A stretch of DNA of 53,461 bases from a virus (taxonomy: Duplodnaviria > Caudoviricetes): positions 1-53,461 of the IMG/VR virus record IMGVR_UViG_3300006162_000017; one strand, given 5' to 3'. The position numbers and the translations under genes are program-made. Shown one piece after another: positions 17,337 to 27,065 of this stretch. The stretch's first letter is position 1. The number at the start of each line of letters is the position of its first letter. The notes under the pieces were generated by a model that was not told the origin of the DNA, ran no database searches, and was given only the letters and a program-made list of their open reading frames with translations.

Positions 17337-17717
17337 ATGCTCGAACGATTCATCAACTACGCAAGGAGAAAAGGATTCTATGGGAAAAGAAGAGTCATTT
17401 GTTTTGCCCTTAGACAGGGGAGAATCGTATCCATTGGAACAAACAGTTTTAACGACTCCTCCAAGTACCACAGACAGTGTTGTGGAAGATTTTCTGAACG
17501 AATATTTAATCACGCAGAGACAAATACATTACAGAGAATACTTCGACACGGATTGTCTATAGATACGCTTGTTGTTGTTAGATTAAATGCTAGGGGGATG
17601 CCCGTTATGGCTAAGCCCTGCATTATATGTGAAGGTGCAATAAAATCAGTTGGAGTTAAGAATGTCTACTGGACTACTGAAGATAAAGCACACGGATGGG
17701 CAAAGAAAGAAGGATAG
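17337..17717 (+). CDS. cytidine/dCMP deaminase-fold protein
   Basis: HAE and PCxxC (AKPCIIC) zinc motifs. Confidence 0.8.
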   Translation: MLERFINYARRKGFYGKRRVICFALRQGRIVSIGTNSFNDSSKYHRQCCGRFSERIFNHAETNTLQRILRHGLSIDTLVVVRLNARGMPVMAKPCIICEGAIKSVGVKNVYWTTEDKAHGWAKKEG

Positions 17718-18084
17718 GCATGAATTCTGGGCATGGATGGAGTGGGCCAGAGAAAAGATTCAAGAAGAAATAAAGTCAGGAAGAGTTAGACCTGAGCCGG
17801 GAGATATGTCCTATCGTGGTATATGGAAGACAGAGGGGAGCATGATGTATACTCCCTACTCTCAGCTATCCTGTGCTATTGGGCAAGCTGTTGTGAATTC
17901 AGTAGCTGATTTAGAAAAGCTTTCAGAATTAACTGAAGAACTTGGTAAGTCTTTTATATTTTCTGCAGTGAAGTCAGTGTTAAAGAAGCACATCGAAGCA
18001 AATCCCACCAAATTTTCAGTGCTACTCATCCAAGAAGGATGGATGGATAATGCTGAAGTCATGCTCGTTTCCACGAGGCCATAA
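17662..18084 (+). CDS. hypothetical protein
   Basis: GGAG RBS before ATG 17662; TAATG coupling. Confidence 0.6.
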   Translation: MSTGLLKIKHTDGQRKKDRHEFWAWMEWAREKIQEEIKSGRVRPEPGDMSYRGIWKTEGSMMYTPYSQLSCAIGQAVVNSVADLEKLSELTEELGKSFIFSAVKSVLKKHIEANPTKFSVLLIQEGWMDNAEVMLVSTRP

Positions 18085-18494
18085 TGAAGCATACTGATGA
18101 ATCTCGTAAGTATCATCTCAACCAGATAGTTCTCCCCATGGATCCTAAAGTAAATAAATTCATGGCGAAACATTTCTTAAATAGTGGTGGTGGGTTTGAT
18201 TTGTATATTGGTATTATGACTAAATCAAACTTCTCGTGTGGATACATGCAAGCAAATCTTTTGTTGTATTCACAGATGGATTTCAAAAAAGAGTGGTACG
18301 AAGAACTGGTTAGGCTATGCGAAGTTCATCGAAAGCCCATGATCTTTACAGCAATTCATAGTCTTAAGACTAATCTGGAAAAGTTTATCAAAAAAGAAAA
18401 TCCAAGGTATCTAAAGAAGCTAACTGAAACAGAATCTGGACATGGCAAATACTACGTTGGTCTTTACATTGTGGATATGCCTGATCTAGAATAA
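18084..18494 (+). CDS. hypothetical protein
   Basis: 136 aa coupled ORF. Confidence 0.6.
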   Translation: MKHTDESRKYHLNQIVLPMDPKVNKFMAKHFLNSGGGFDLYIGIMTKSNFSCGYMQANLLLYSQMDFKKEWYEELVRLCEVHRKPMIFTAIHSLKTNLEKFIKKENPRYLKKLTETESGHGKYYVGLYIVDMPDLE

Positions 18495-18504
18495 AGGAAA
18501 TGAA

Positions 18505-18690
18505 ATGAGAAGCACAAGAGAAGGGTCGGTGGTTGTGTTGCCAAGGCCAGATGGTAAGACAATCGACATATTCACAGACAAGGGATGGACAAGGCATTCT
18601 GTATTTGAATACCATGATGGTAAAGTATCCTTTGTGAAGGGTGCTGATCTATCTCCATTTGAATTCAAAGTGTTCAAGACGAGATTATGA
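18505..18690 (+). CDS. hypothetical protein
   Basis: AAGGA RBS; ATGA overlap with next gene. Confidence 0.6.
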   Translation: MRSTREGSVVVLPRPDGKTIDIFTDKGWTRHSVFEYHDGKVSFVKGADLSPFEFKVFKTRL

Positions 18691-19307
18691 AAACAATTGC
18701 CAATGCTCTCTTCAGAGACAAAACGTTCAGTAGTAGGACAGGTGTTGTCACTTATCCTGAAGATCTTGCTGGTTATGATCTGCTTGTGCTTCATGGTGGC
18801 GAGGATATCTCCCCATCTATCTACGGCGAAACGGTACGAGCAGCAAGAGCCTCAGAAAATCCATCAACACGAGATAAGCTGGAAATTGCTTTAGCTCGTG
18901 AAGCTCTCAAACTCAAGATTCCTATTCTTGGAATCTGCCGTGGTGCACAGTTAATGTGCTGTCTACTTGGTGGGAAGTTATACCAAGATGTGCCTGCCCA
19001 TGGCAGCGGACAACACAAGCTGATTCTTCCGCAAGATCCATCAAGAGTTATCTTTAGCAATACCTGTCATCACCAGATGATGATTCCAAAGAATGGAACC
19101 ATGATCGCTCATGCTGGCCTTCACAAGGGCGCAAGATTCAAGGAGAATGGATATGTAGAGGAAGAGATATTCGAACCGGAAATAGTTTATTGGGGAGAAC
19201 ACAAGACATTAGCTGTTCAAGGCCATCCAGAATGGGATCATTCTGGTGACAAGAATGGCTTGTATTGTTTTGTCCGTGAGAAACTAAACGAACTCTTTGA
19301 GGTTTAA
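18687..19307 (+). CDS. class I glutamine amidotransferase (peptidase C26 type)
   Basis: GGEDI, GICRGAQ nucleophile elbow, QGHPE. Confidence 0.9.
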   Translation: MKTIANALFRDKTFSSRTGVVTYPEDLAGYDLLVLHGGEDISPSIYGETVRAARASENPSTRDKLEIALAREALKLKIPILGICRGAQLMCCLLGGKLYQDVPAHGSGQHKLILPQDPSRVIFSNTCHHQMMIPKNGTMIAHAGLHKGARFKENGYVEEEIFEPEIVYWGEHKTLAVQGHPEWDHSGDKNGLYCFVREKLNELFEV

Positions 19308-19308
19308 T

Positions 19309-20112
19309 ATGCTATTTATCAAGAGCGATCATAACAAGATAATAACCATTGGTTCAGACCCAGAGTTATTTCTTGTTGACAAATCTGGTAATTTTGTGTC
19401 CGCTATTGGAAAGATCCCGGGCACAAAGAATCTTCCCTATCCTGTCCCCAAGTTTGGGAGGGGATCTGCCCTTCAGGTAGATAATGTTCTTGTTGAATAC
19501 AACACTGCCCCAACAACAGATCTTGGAACTTGGGCAACTCTTCATACTGGGATGCTCGAACATATAAAAGATCGAGTCTCTGAATTTAATCTCCTCCCTA
19601 AGATTGTGGCGGCAGCAGAGATGCCTGAGTCTGAGCTAATGGATCCAGCAGCATGTGTCTTTGGCTGTGACCCAGACTACAATGCTTGGGAACTACAGCC
19701 CAATCCTACTCCTCGTAGTAATAATCCACGCCTTCGAAGTGCTGGTGGTCATATCCACATTGGGGTAGAGGGTATGACTGAATTAGAAAAGATCAATACA
19801 ACCCGAGCTATGGATCTGTTGGTCGGTGCATATTCAGTTGTGCATGATCCAGATACCAAACGTGCTGAGTTGTATGGCAGGCCCGGTGCCATGCGTCCAA
19901 AACCATACGGCATTGAGTACAGAACAGTCAGTAACTTCTGGCTAACTGATTCTGGACATATGGAAAATGTATTTAGTTTTGCGCAGACAGCGGCTAAATA
20001 CAATAGTAGATCTTTTCAACATCTAAAGGAGAAGGTCTATTCAATGTTCAGGAATAGAGACAAGGAGTTAGCAAAGCAGTTGGCAGCAGAAAATTTCGGT
20101 GTGGGGCTGTAA
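19309..20112 (+). CDS. phiEco32-like COOH-NH2 ligase type 2
   Basis: GSDPELF, QVDNVLVE, FGCDPD, RSAGGHIH, YGIEYRT. Confidence 0.88.
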   Translation: MLFIKSDHNKIITIGSDPELFLVDKSGNFVSAIGKIPGTKNLPYPVPKFGRGSALQVDNVLVEYNTAPTTDLGTWATLHTGMLEHIKDRVSEFNLLPKIVAAAEMPESELMDPAACVFGCDPDYNAWELQPNPTPRSNNPRLRSAGGHIHIGVEGMTELEKINTTRAMDLLVGAYSVVHDPDTKRAELYGRPGAMRPKPYGIEYRTVSNFWLTDSGHMENVFSFAQTAAKYNSRSFQHLKEKVYSMFRNRDKELAKQLAAENFGVGL

Positions 20113-20816
20113 TGGAATTCGATATCCAAGCTCTACAGAGGAAGTTTGGTGGAGTGATGGCAGCTCTATTTGTGGAGAATCCATCTAGTGACCCACCTTT
20201 TGAAAATATCTTCGGTTTCGTTGAGGATATTTCTCCTACTGATGGAAAGGGATCTAAACGAGGGGCACCATACGTTCAGGTTAGAGTGTTTCCAACATGG
20301 GAATCAAGAGCGTATGCTGTTTTAACAGAGATTGAAAACTACGTTCTTCCGGGCAGAAAGGTGGCAGAACTTCATCCTTTCTTTGTTAAACCTAAGCTAG
20401 AAATCTCCTACACTAGGGGGCTTGAAATTTGTCCTCCGAATAGACTTGAACAACATACTGAACTTGTCCTCTCCGTTTCTCTATGCCATCGTATTGTTGG
20501 TAAGAGCTTTCTAGCTGGGCCTGCATACGGAGCTAATTTCAAGCGGAAGTTGATTGCTTCTGGAGATAAAATTCTTACGGAGACTATTCCAAGAGAAAAG
20601 AAGTTTCCAACAAGTCCATATGAAACAGAAATTCCAGACGGACTTATAAAAGATTTTCAACATATCTCAGGACTTCTCTATATTCATAGAGACGATCTTT
20701 GTTACGGCCAAAGAACAATTGGAATACATAAGGGAAATAAAGAGTTTTGGATCCCCAATCCAGTGATTGCGAAGCTGGTATCTCCAGAGATTGAAAGATG
20801 GAAAACAAAAAGCTAG
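20112..20816 (+). CDS. hypothetical protein within the amidoligase operon
   Basis: 234 aa overlapping both neighbours. Confidence 0.65.
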   Translation: MEFDIQALQRKFGGVMAALFVENPSSDPPFENIFGFVEDISPTDGKGSKRGAPYVQVRVFPTWESRAYAVLTEIENYVLPGRKVAELHPFFVKPKLEISYTRGLEICPPNRLEQHTELVLSVSLCHRIVGKSFLAGPAYGANFKRKLIASGDKILTETIPREKKFPTSPYETEIPDGLIKDFQHISGLLYIHRDDLCYGQRTIGIHKGNKEFWIPNPVIAKLVSPEIERWKTKS

Positions 20817-21670
20817 ACCGGATCTATCCAAGGACATTAGCAAAGCTAACCGGACAAGTTGGGAGGCTATTTGATGTCAAGGAAAAATTTGGGGATCTTC
20901 CCAAGACATTCTTTTCTTCTTTTACCAAACCAATTGGGCTTGAGTTTGAAGTAGAGGGAATACAACCACATCTAGATTCTTATCGTGCCAGTCTTCAAAA
21001 TCCAGTATTAGCTCTCTGGGCCGTAGAGCAAGATGGTAGTCTACGTAATGGTGGAGTTGAATTTATTTCTTCTCCACTGGTCGGTGAAAACATTGATTAT
21101 GCGCTGCATGAGTTAGAAACAGTTTTTTCTATCTTGGAAGGTAAGTACAATAGACCTCCGAAAGCTTCTGTTAGGACCAGTATCCACATTCATGCAGATG
21201 TATCTGAATGGGGTATCAGGGATGTGTATTTATGCACGGCGTTGTATGCTTTATTTGAGCCTTTGTTCTTTAGTCTCCAGCCCCTAGAACGGATACTTAA
21301 CCCCTATTGCTGGGAGATAACAGACATTCTTCCAGAACAGTTGGGAGTTCATAAGGAGTTCAAATATTGTGCATTGAATCTAGCCCCAATTGAGCGGCAG
21401 TTCTCCATTGAATTCAGGCACGGGGCATTCAGTACGGACATGCGGGTTAATCGTAGGTGGATTCAAGTTGTGTGCAAGTTCATGAAGTTTGTTGAAGAAA
21501 ACAGAGAAAACTTACAGAAGATCATAGAGGATACTATACTTTACGAAGACTACTTTAAGCTATTTTTACGGGTGTTTGGTAAATCTTCCGTTCTTTTTAA
21601 CAAAGATAGCGTACTTTCAATGATGAAGGAAAACGCTATGTGGACAACTCTTGTATTGGAGCTATTATAA
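20798..21670 (+). CDS. putative amidoligase (Amidoligase_2 type)
   Basis: GLEFEVE, DGSLR, EFIS, TSIHIH, KYCALN, IEFRH. Confidence 0.85.
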   Translation: MENKKLDRIYPRTLAKLTGQVGRLFDVKEKFGDLPKTFFSSFTKPIGLEFEVEGIQPHLDSYRASLQNPVLALWAVEQDGSLRNGGVEFISSPLVGENIDYALHELETVFSILEGKYNRPPKASVRTSIHIHADVSEWGIRDVYLCTALYALFEPLFFSLQPLERILNPYCWEITDILPEQLGVHKEFKYCALNLAPIERQFSIEFRHGAFSTDMRVNRRWIQVVCKFMKFVEENRENLQKIIEDTILYEDYFKLFLRVFGKSSVLFNKDSVLSMMKENAMWTTLVLELL

Positions 21671-22908
21671 TGTGTGGACTTTGGGGAGTATTCAACAGCA
21701 GGCCAGAAGGGACGCTGATTCAAAATGACATTGATATGGCTTTGGATATGGCCGTATTCATGTCTCGAAGAGGGGATCATTCATCTGGATTTTGTACCAT
21801 CCCACGAGTTTCAACATACAAGGTGTTCCCATCTACCCCAAACATTGCCCGATGTGTTGGGTCTCCATACGTGATTATTCATAGTAGGGCCGGAACGGAC
21901 TATTTCAAGTGGGCCATTGAAAATGGGAATGCTATCTTTGGGCACGGCAGACGAGCTACTTCTGGGGCGATTAGTGTCAAAAACGCCCACCCATTCGAAG
22001 AGGGAGATTGGATCCTTGTCCACAATGGAACAATCAGGGATGGTGTAAAGGTCAATGAAGAAATCGAAGTTGACTCACATGCCTTATGTGTGAAGTTCAA
22101 TGAAGTTGGAATCAAGGATGCTTTGAAGACCGTCAATGGTGCCTATGCCATCATGGCTTTCCACAAGCCTACAAAGAAGATGTACTTTGCCCGCAATCAT
22201 GAGAGAGACCTCTGGTATTTCCGCCACGTTGGTATGTTCTATTTCATGTCGGAAGACTTCCTTCTTCGGGCTGCTCTCAAGAGAAACAATCACTACTACA
22301 AAGATGGGAACATAGACAACCCTGTACTACTTCCCCCAGAGAAGCTATATACCATCGAAGATGGTAAGCTGGTTTCAGTAGATGATCTGAAGAAGGAATA
22401 TCCTAAGAGAGATTATTACGGATCGGGTACTGTAGCTGAAACCAAGGTAACTAGAGATGATCTATTTGCCAGACGTAGGAAGAAGAATGAAGATGAGCCT
22501 CTCTTTATTAAGAAGGAAGAACTTCTATTATTCAAAGTTATTAGCATGGCATATCATGGAGAGAATAACTACGAGTATACTTGTGAGTCTTCTGATAACA
22601 TGGATGTGCCTGTGGTATTTCACCACAAGTATCAAAGACCGGATATTATCAATAAGTGGGGAGTAGTAGATAAATATACCCACAAACTTGTACAGAACAA
22701 GCCTGAAGATGAGTGTATCTTCGTTCGTTACGAAGAGATTGATTGGGATGAGGAAGAGAAGCTTATTGCCTGTACAGAATGCGCCGGGGCAATCAAGTTC
22801 GGAGAGGGAGAAATCAGGACTCTGGATAACAAACATATCTGTGGCGAGTGTGTTGAATCCTTTATGAGAAGTGGTGGTGGACTACCTAAGGAACAGGCAG
22901 CGGCATGA
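21670..22908 (+). CDS. class II (Ntn) glutamine amidotransferase with C-terminal Zn ribbon
   Basis: start MCGLWG via TAATG; RGDHSSG, GHGRRAT, NAHPF, HNG, DS; CTEC...CGEC. Confidence 0.88.
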   Translation: MCGLWGVFNSRPEGTLIQNDIDMALDMAVFMSRRGDHSSGFCTIPRVSTYKVFPSTPNIARCVGSPYVIIHSRAGTDYFKWAIENGNAIFGHGRRATSGAISVKNAHPFEEGDWILVHNGTIRDGVKVNEEIEVDSHALCVKFNEVGIKDALKTVNGAYAIMAFHKPTKKMYFARNHERDLWYFRHVGMFYFMSEDFLLRAALKRNNHYYKDGNIDNPVLLPPEKLYTIEDGKLVSVDDLKKEYPKRDYYGSGTVAETKVTRDDLFARRRKKNEDEPLFIKKEELLLFKVISMAYHGENNYEYTCESSDNMDVPVVFHHKYQRPDIINKWGVVDKYTHKLVQNKPEDECIFVRYEEIDWDEEEKLIACTECAGAIKFGEGEIRTLDNKHICGECVESFMRSGGGLPKEQAAA

Positions 22909-23603
22909 GACCCCATATCGTAACGTACAACCTGTATAGCCAGTCAGCGAAGTTGATTCAAAAGCATCTCAGCAACATTCTTGGATACAAGGTGTATCGT
23001 GGAACCACACCGAAAGACAATCGCTTTAATCTCGTTTGGGGATTACCTAACGGAATTGGAGCGAACAAACTTAGAACTTTTGAAGTATTTAGAGAGCATG
23101 GAGTACAATCCCCTCCATTCACTACGAGCCGTGCCACTGCCGAACAATGGGCTATGCAGCATCCAATTGTTGCTAGAAAATTGCTTCGGTCTTCAGGAGG
23201 AAAGGGAGCAGTATATATCGAACGAGGGGGAGCGGTTATTGATGCCCCTTTGTATGTAAAATATATCCCAAAGAAGAAAGAGTTCCGTGTCCATGTTCAT
23301 AACGGGAATATCATTCTTGTGCAACAGAAGCGGAAGCGTTCGGGCACTAGCCCAGATACCAAGATCCGCTCTCACGAGAATGATTGGGTATTCTGTATCA
23401 ACAATATTACTGAGCCAGAAGATCTTAGGTCGGTGGCGCTGGCTGCATGTGCTGCTGTGGGTCATGGTGGCGGAGTGGATATCATTTGGAATCAGCTACA
23501 AAATCGCTGCTATGCTCTCGAAGTCAATTCTGCTCCGGGACTTAGTGACAGTTCAGCTTTGACATACGCGAATGTATTTGTTCAGGAACTCCAAAATGGA
23601 TAA
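22905..23603 (+). CDS. ATP-grasp ligase (RimK-like)
   Basis: SSGGKG, EFRVHV, GVDIIW, LEVNSAPG. Confidence 0.88.
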   Translation: MRPHIVTYNLYSQSAKLIQKHLSNILGYKVYRGTTPKDNRFNLVWGLPNGIGANKLRTFEVFREHGVQSPPFTTSRATAEQWAMQHPIVARKLLRSSGGKGAVYIERGGAVIDAPLYVKYIPKKKEFRVHVHNGNIILVQQKRKRSGTSPDTKIRSHENDWVFCINNITEPEDLRSVALAACAAVGHGGGVDIIWNQLQNRCYALEVNSAPGLSDSSALTYANVFVQELQNG

Positions 23604-24000
23604 CAAGGAAATCAAGGCAAAGCTTTCAGAACTAAACACCGCTTCCCAAGGATTCCGGCCGGATGGTGCAGCTAGGGGAGTGATGCGGAAGTACCAAGAA
23701 ATAGCAGAGGAGCTGTATGAGAAGTCATACACTCTGGACTCTATAAGATCGGACATGAAGAAGTATGAGAAAGCCCTTGAAGAGAGAAACAAGCAGGTTG
23801 CAGAATTGTCTCTCAAGGTGGAGAAGTTGAGCAGGTCTGAATTCAGCTTTGATGAATTCCAGAAGTATCTCTCTCAACTGTACCGTGTCCTTAAGCTGTC
23901 TCCTACTTTTAGGGTAAAGAACAAAGAAGATTTTCCGCAATTGATAGATTTCCTATTCACTGAATACGCCAAGAAGGGTGGGGAGCCTGACCTTCCATGA
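23596..24000 (+). CDS. coiled-coil hypothetical protein
   Basis: AGGA RBS before MDNKEI. Confidence 0.6.
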   Translation: MDNKEIKAKLSELNTASQGFRPDGAARGVMRKYQEIAEELYEKSYTLDSIRSDMKKYEKALEERNKQVAELSLKVEKLSRSEFSFDEFQKYLSQLYRVLKLSPTFRVKNKEDFPQLIDFLFTEYAKKGGEPDLP

Positions 24001-24698
24001 AAGTTAAACATATGCCCTGCCCAGAGTGCAGGAAGCAAGGCAAGGATAGATCTGGAGATAACCTTGCTGTATACCCGGATGGGGGTACTTTCTGTTTTTC
24101 TTGTGGGCACAGTACGCCAAGTACTAAATTTACTCCAGATCTCCCTCAAACCTTTATTGGCAGTAAATTTAAGGAAAGTGAACTCCCTCAGAGTGCTCGT
24201 AACTACCTGTCGGTATGGCTGAATCAAGAGGAGATAAATAAACACTTTACTTTTGACAAGCCTTATGATAGAGTGGTTCTCAAGGATACCCTTCCTAGCT
24301 TCTATTGGGGAAAGTCCTATACCTCTGGGGTTAGGCCCAAAGTTTACACGGAGGGATCTGTTCCTGTTCATATCTTTGGTGGGTATAATACCACAAATCT
24401 GGTAATTGTGGAAGACCCTATCTCAGCAATAAAGGTAAGTAGAGTTAAAGGTCTTGATGTATTGCCTCTCTTCGGTAGTCATCTGTCGTTAAAAGTCCTT
24501 AGATGCCTTTCTTTGATGCCAAAAGAGAATCTGTTCATTTGGCTTGACAATGACAAGGAAAAGGAGGGACTGTCTATGTGTCTCTCCTTACGGCATTTGT
24601 TTAAGTGTAAGTGGGTGTCTACGAACTTTGACCCCAAGTCATACCGGCCAGAGGAAATAATCAAAATACTAGGACTAAAAGATGCTCCGACCAACTAA
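23997..24698 (+). CDS. DNA primase (Zn finger plus TOPRIM)
   Basis: CPEC...CFSC, VIVED, WLDND. Confidence 0.85.
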   Translation: MKVKHMPCPECRKQGKDRSGDNLAVYPDGGTFCFSCGHSTPSTKFTPDLPQTFIGSKFKESELPQSARNYLSVWLNQEEINKHFTFDKPYDRVVLKDTLPSFYWGKSYTSGVRPKVYTEGSVPVHIFGGYNTTNLVIVEDPISAIKVSRVKGLDVLPLFGSHLSLKVLRCLSLMPKENLFIWLDNDKEKEGLSMCLSLRHLFKCKWVSTNFDPKSYRPEEIIKILGLKDAPTN

Positions 24699-25257
24699 AT
24701 TTGTCAGAAGGGATTTTGAAGGGGATGATGAAACATTCGAGATCTTCTTGGAAGAAGACGAGGATCCAGATCATTCTGGGATCTGGGAGAAGATTTCTGT
24801 TTCCTTGAAGGAACGAACAGTAGTTCATGATCCTATACCAAAAAAGAAGAAGGTTGTTTCTAAATCAAAACCATCTAGTTTTTGGGATACCGTACAGGCT
24901 TTAGCACAGCAAAATGTTCCGGCAGCTCCTCCCGGACAGCATCCATTCCACACAGGGAATCCATTGGGCGCTGCTGGTATAGGACAAACTTTAGGCACTG
25001 CCACTGGAACTACCATCGGTGCCGGTACAGGAAATACGCTTACGTTCACTACAGCTAATCTACAAAATCAAAATCAGCCCCAAAATCAAGCCAATGGTTG
25101 GGATCCAGAGCTAGGTAATTGGGAGGAGGAACGTGATACAGATACCCACGAAAGATTCATGCAAACAGGAAATGCAATAATGCCAATAGGCACCAATAGA
25201 ATGATTAACGGATGGTGGTGGGTGCACCAAGGAGAGGGATTTTGGGTATTAGCTTGA
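24682..25257 (+). CDS. hypothetical low-complexity protein
   Basis: AGGA RBS; acidic then Gly/Thr/Gln-rich; Trp-rich end. Confidence 0.6.
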   Translation: MLRPTKFVRRDFEGDDETFEIFLEEDEDPDHSGIWEKISVSLKERTVVHDPIPKKKKVVSKSKPSSFWDTVQALAQQNVPAAPPGQHPFHTGNPLGAAGIGQTLGTATGTTIGAGTGNTLTFTTANLQNQNQPQNQANGWDPELGNWEEERDTDTHERFMQTGNAIMPIGTNRMINGWWWVHQGEGFWVLA

Positions 25258-25282
25258 CAACGGACATAAAATATGATAGAAT
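25254..25282 (+). promoter_or_regulatory. sigma70 promoter
   Basis: TTGACA-17 nt-TAGAAT with extended -10 TG. Confidence 0.75.
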
Positions 25283-25393
25283 AAATTAAAAGATAATTAT
25301 ATATATATATATATATATATTAATATATAATAGTATACGTATATATACTATAATATATAAAAACATAATATTAATATATTATAGGGTTTTAAT
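25283..25393. repeat. AT-rich tract with (TA)11 run; candidate replication origin
   Basis: alternating TA 25298-25320; inverted repeat TAGTATA/TATACTA 25331-25350; between primase and helicase. Confidence 0.6.
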
Positions 25394-26569
25394 ATGATTG
25401 AATTACTATTATTAAAAGCTTTACTTGATAGAAATATATTTCTTGAATATAGGAATTATATTTCTATTTCTACTGAACTTGTTCCTGTGTTAAAAGCTAT
25501 TGATCTGTGGTATAGAAACAACACTACTAATCCTTCGGTGTCAGACATAGCTGTTTCCGTGCCCAAAGGATACCCTCAGGAGGCTCTAAATCGGCTCCAG
25601 AGCCTCGATCTCCCGAAAGATGTACCGGGACTGCTCCGAAGGGCGAAAGTGGCTCAAATCGCCTCTAAACTCGCCATAGAGGCACATATGGTGGCTGAGG
25701 AGGAGGGGGATCTACTCCGGGTACTAGAATTATCCCGTGAACTTGGTGGTGTGGAGAGTTCTTTGGTTGTTGGGGATTATGTTACGGACAATATCGAGGA
25801 GATTATCTCCCAGACTGTTCGTACTCCCGGCTTAAGATGGAGGTTAAATTGGCTGAACAAGAGTTTGGGGTCGGTGCGGAAAGGGGATTTAGGCATAGTG
25901 TTTGCACGCCCAGAGACGGGCAAAACAAGCTTCCTAGCTTCCGAAGTAACACACATGGTGTCCCAGACAAGGGAACCTATCCTTTGGTTCAACAACGAGG
26001 AACAGGGCGGGAAAGTCAAGCTCCGCTGTGTTCAAGCCATGTTTGGGGCCACCATCCAAGAGCTAGCGAAAGATTCCAGACAAGCCACCCTGAGATACAT
26101 GAAAGCTACGGACGGACGTATAAAAATCGTTGATGACTCCGGGGTTACGGCCAAGAAGGTAGAAAGCTACGTCCAGAGAGAGAAACCGGCATTGATCGTA
26201 TTCGACCAGATTGACAAGATTCAGGGGTTCAAGTCCGATAGAGAAGACCTAGCCATGGGGGCTATCTACCAATGGGCAAGGGAATTGGCTAAGGAATACG
26301 CTCCTGTAATCGGGGTATGCCAAGCCTCCGGGGATGCTGAAGGAGAGGCGTGGTTGAACATGGGGCATATGTCCAACGCCAAGACAGCCAAGCAAGCAGA
26401 AGCAGATTTCATTATCGGGATAGGGAAGACACATGCACATGACTATATCCGGTACTTTAACATTTCCAAGAACAAGCTTTTAGGAGACCAAGATACAGAC
26501 CCTTCTATGAGACATGGTAGGACCGAGGTAATCATCAAACCTGAAATCTCTAGATACGAGGAAGCATGA
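25394..26569 (+). CDS. DnaB-like replicative helicase
   Basis: ARPETGKT Walker A, IVFDQID, GVCQ, ADFIIGIG, KNK. Confidence 0.9.
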   Translation: MIELLLLKALLDRNIFLEYRNYISISTELVPVLKAIDLWYRNNTTNPSVSDIAVSVPKGYPQEALNRLQSLDLPKDVPGLLRRAKVAQIASKLAIEAHMVAEEEGDLLRVLELSRELGGVESSLVVGDYVTDNIEEIISQTVRTPGLRWRLNWLNKSLGSVRKGDLGIVFARPETGKTSFLASEVTHMVSQTREPILWFNNEEQGGKVKLRCVQAMFGATIQELAKDSRQATLRYMKATDGRIKIVDDSGVTAKKVESYVQREKPALIVFDQIDKIQGFKSDREDLAMGAIYQWARELAKEYAPVIGVCQASGDAEGEAWLNMGHMSNAKTAKQAEADFIIGIGKTHAHDYIRYFNISKNKLLGDQDTDPSMRHGRTEVIIKPEISRYEEA

Positions 26570-26802
26570 TGAAGTTAGTTAGATTTTCTAATGGTAAGTT
26601 TGGTATTACCAAATGGGCATTTCCCTTTGGGCAAGAATTTCTATCAAAGGGGGGTGGATTTTCCTTTTTAGATTCCTTAGCTGGTAGTTCGTGGTTTTGT
26701 TTCGATACCGAAGAGGAAGCTCTAGAAGCCTTGGAAAAATATAAAGAAAACGTTCGTATCAAAAAACAACAACCATTCAAAGTAATCAGGGAGGTAGAAT
26801 GA
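26566..26802 (+). CDS. hypothetical protein
   Basis: coupled ORF. Confidence 0.6.
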   Translation: MMKLVRFSNGKFGITKWAFPFGQEFLSKGGGFSFLDSLAGSSWFCFDTEEEALEALEKYKENVRIKKQQPFKVIREVE

Positions 26803-27065
26803 ATCCAATAGACCTTAGAATTTGGGATATTGCGTTTGTAGATGGACACCTAAGTGTGATAACGGGCGGCCAATATCGAGGGACTCATGGAATCTCTAAT
26901 TTCTGGACATGGCGTAGAGTAAATAAAAACGGCGTTCTTTCTAAAAAAGAACATAGTGGCTATTTTAATGGTTCACATACCTTGAAAAAAGCAGTGGGAT
27001 ACAAGAAAGTAATCACTATTTTGCCATATACATTAGCCGAGAGCGGGAAGGGAGGCCGTGAATGA
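26799..27065 (+). CDS. hypothetical protein
   Basis: GGAGG RBS. Confidence 0.6.
   Translation: MNPIDLRIWDIAFVDGHLSVITGGQYRGTHGISNFWTWRRVNKNGVLSKKEHSGYFNGSHTLKKAVGYKKVITILPYTLAESGKGGRE

Noticed and set aside
25580-25610. Inverted repeat GAGGCTCT/AGAGCCTC in the helicase 5' region
   Set aside because: Single 8-bp stem in coding sequence; could be chance, though it is near the ori candidate
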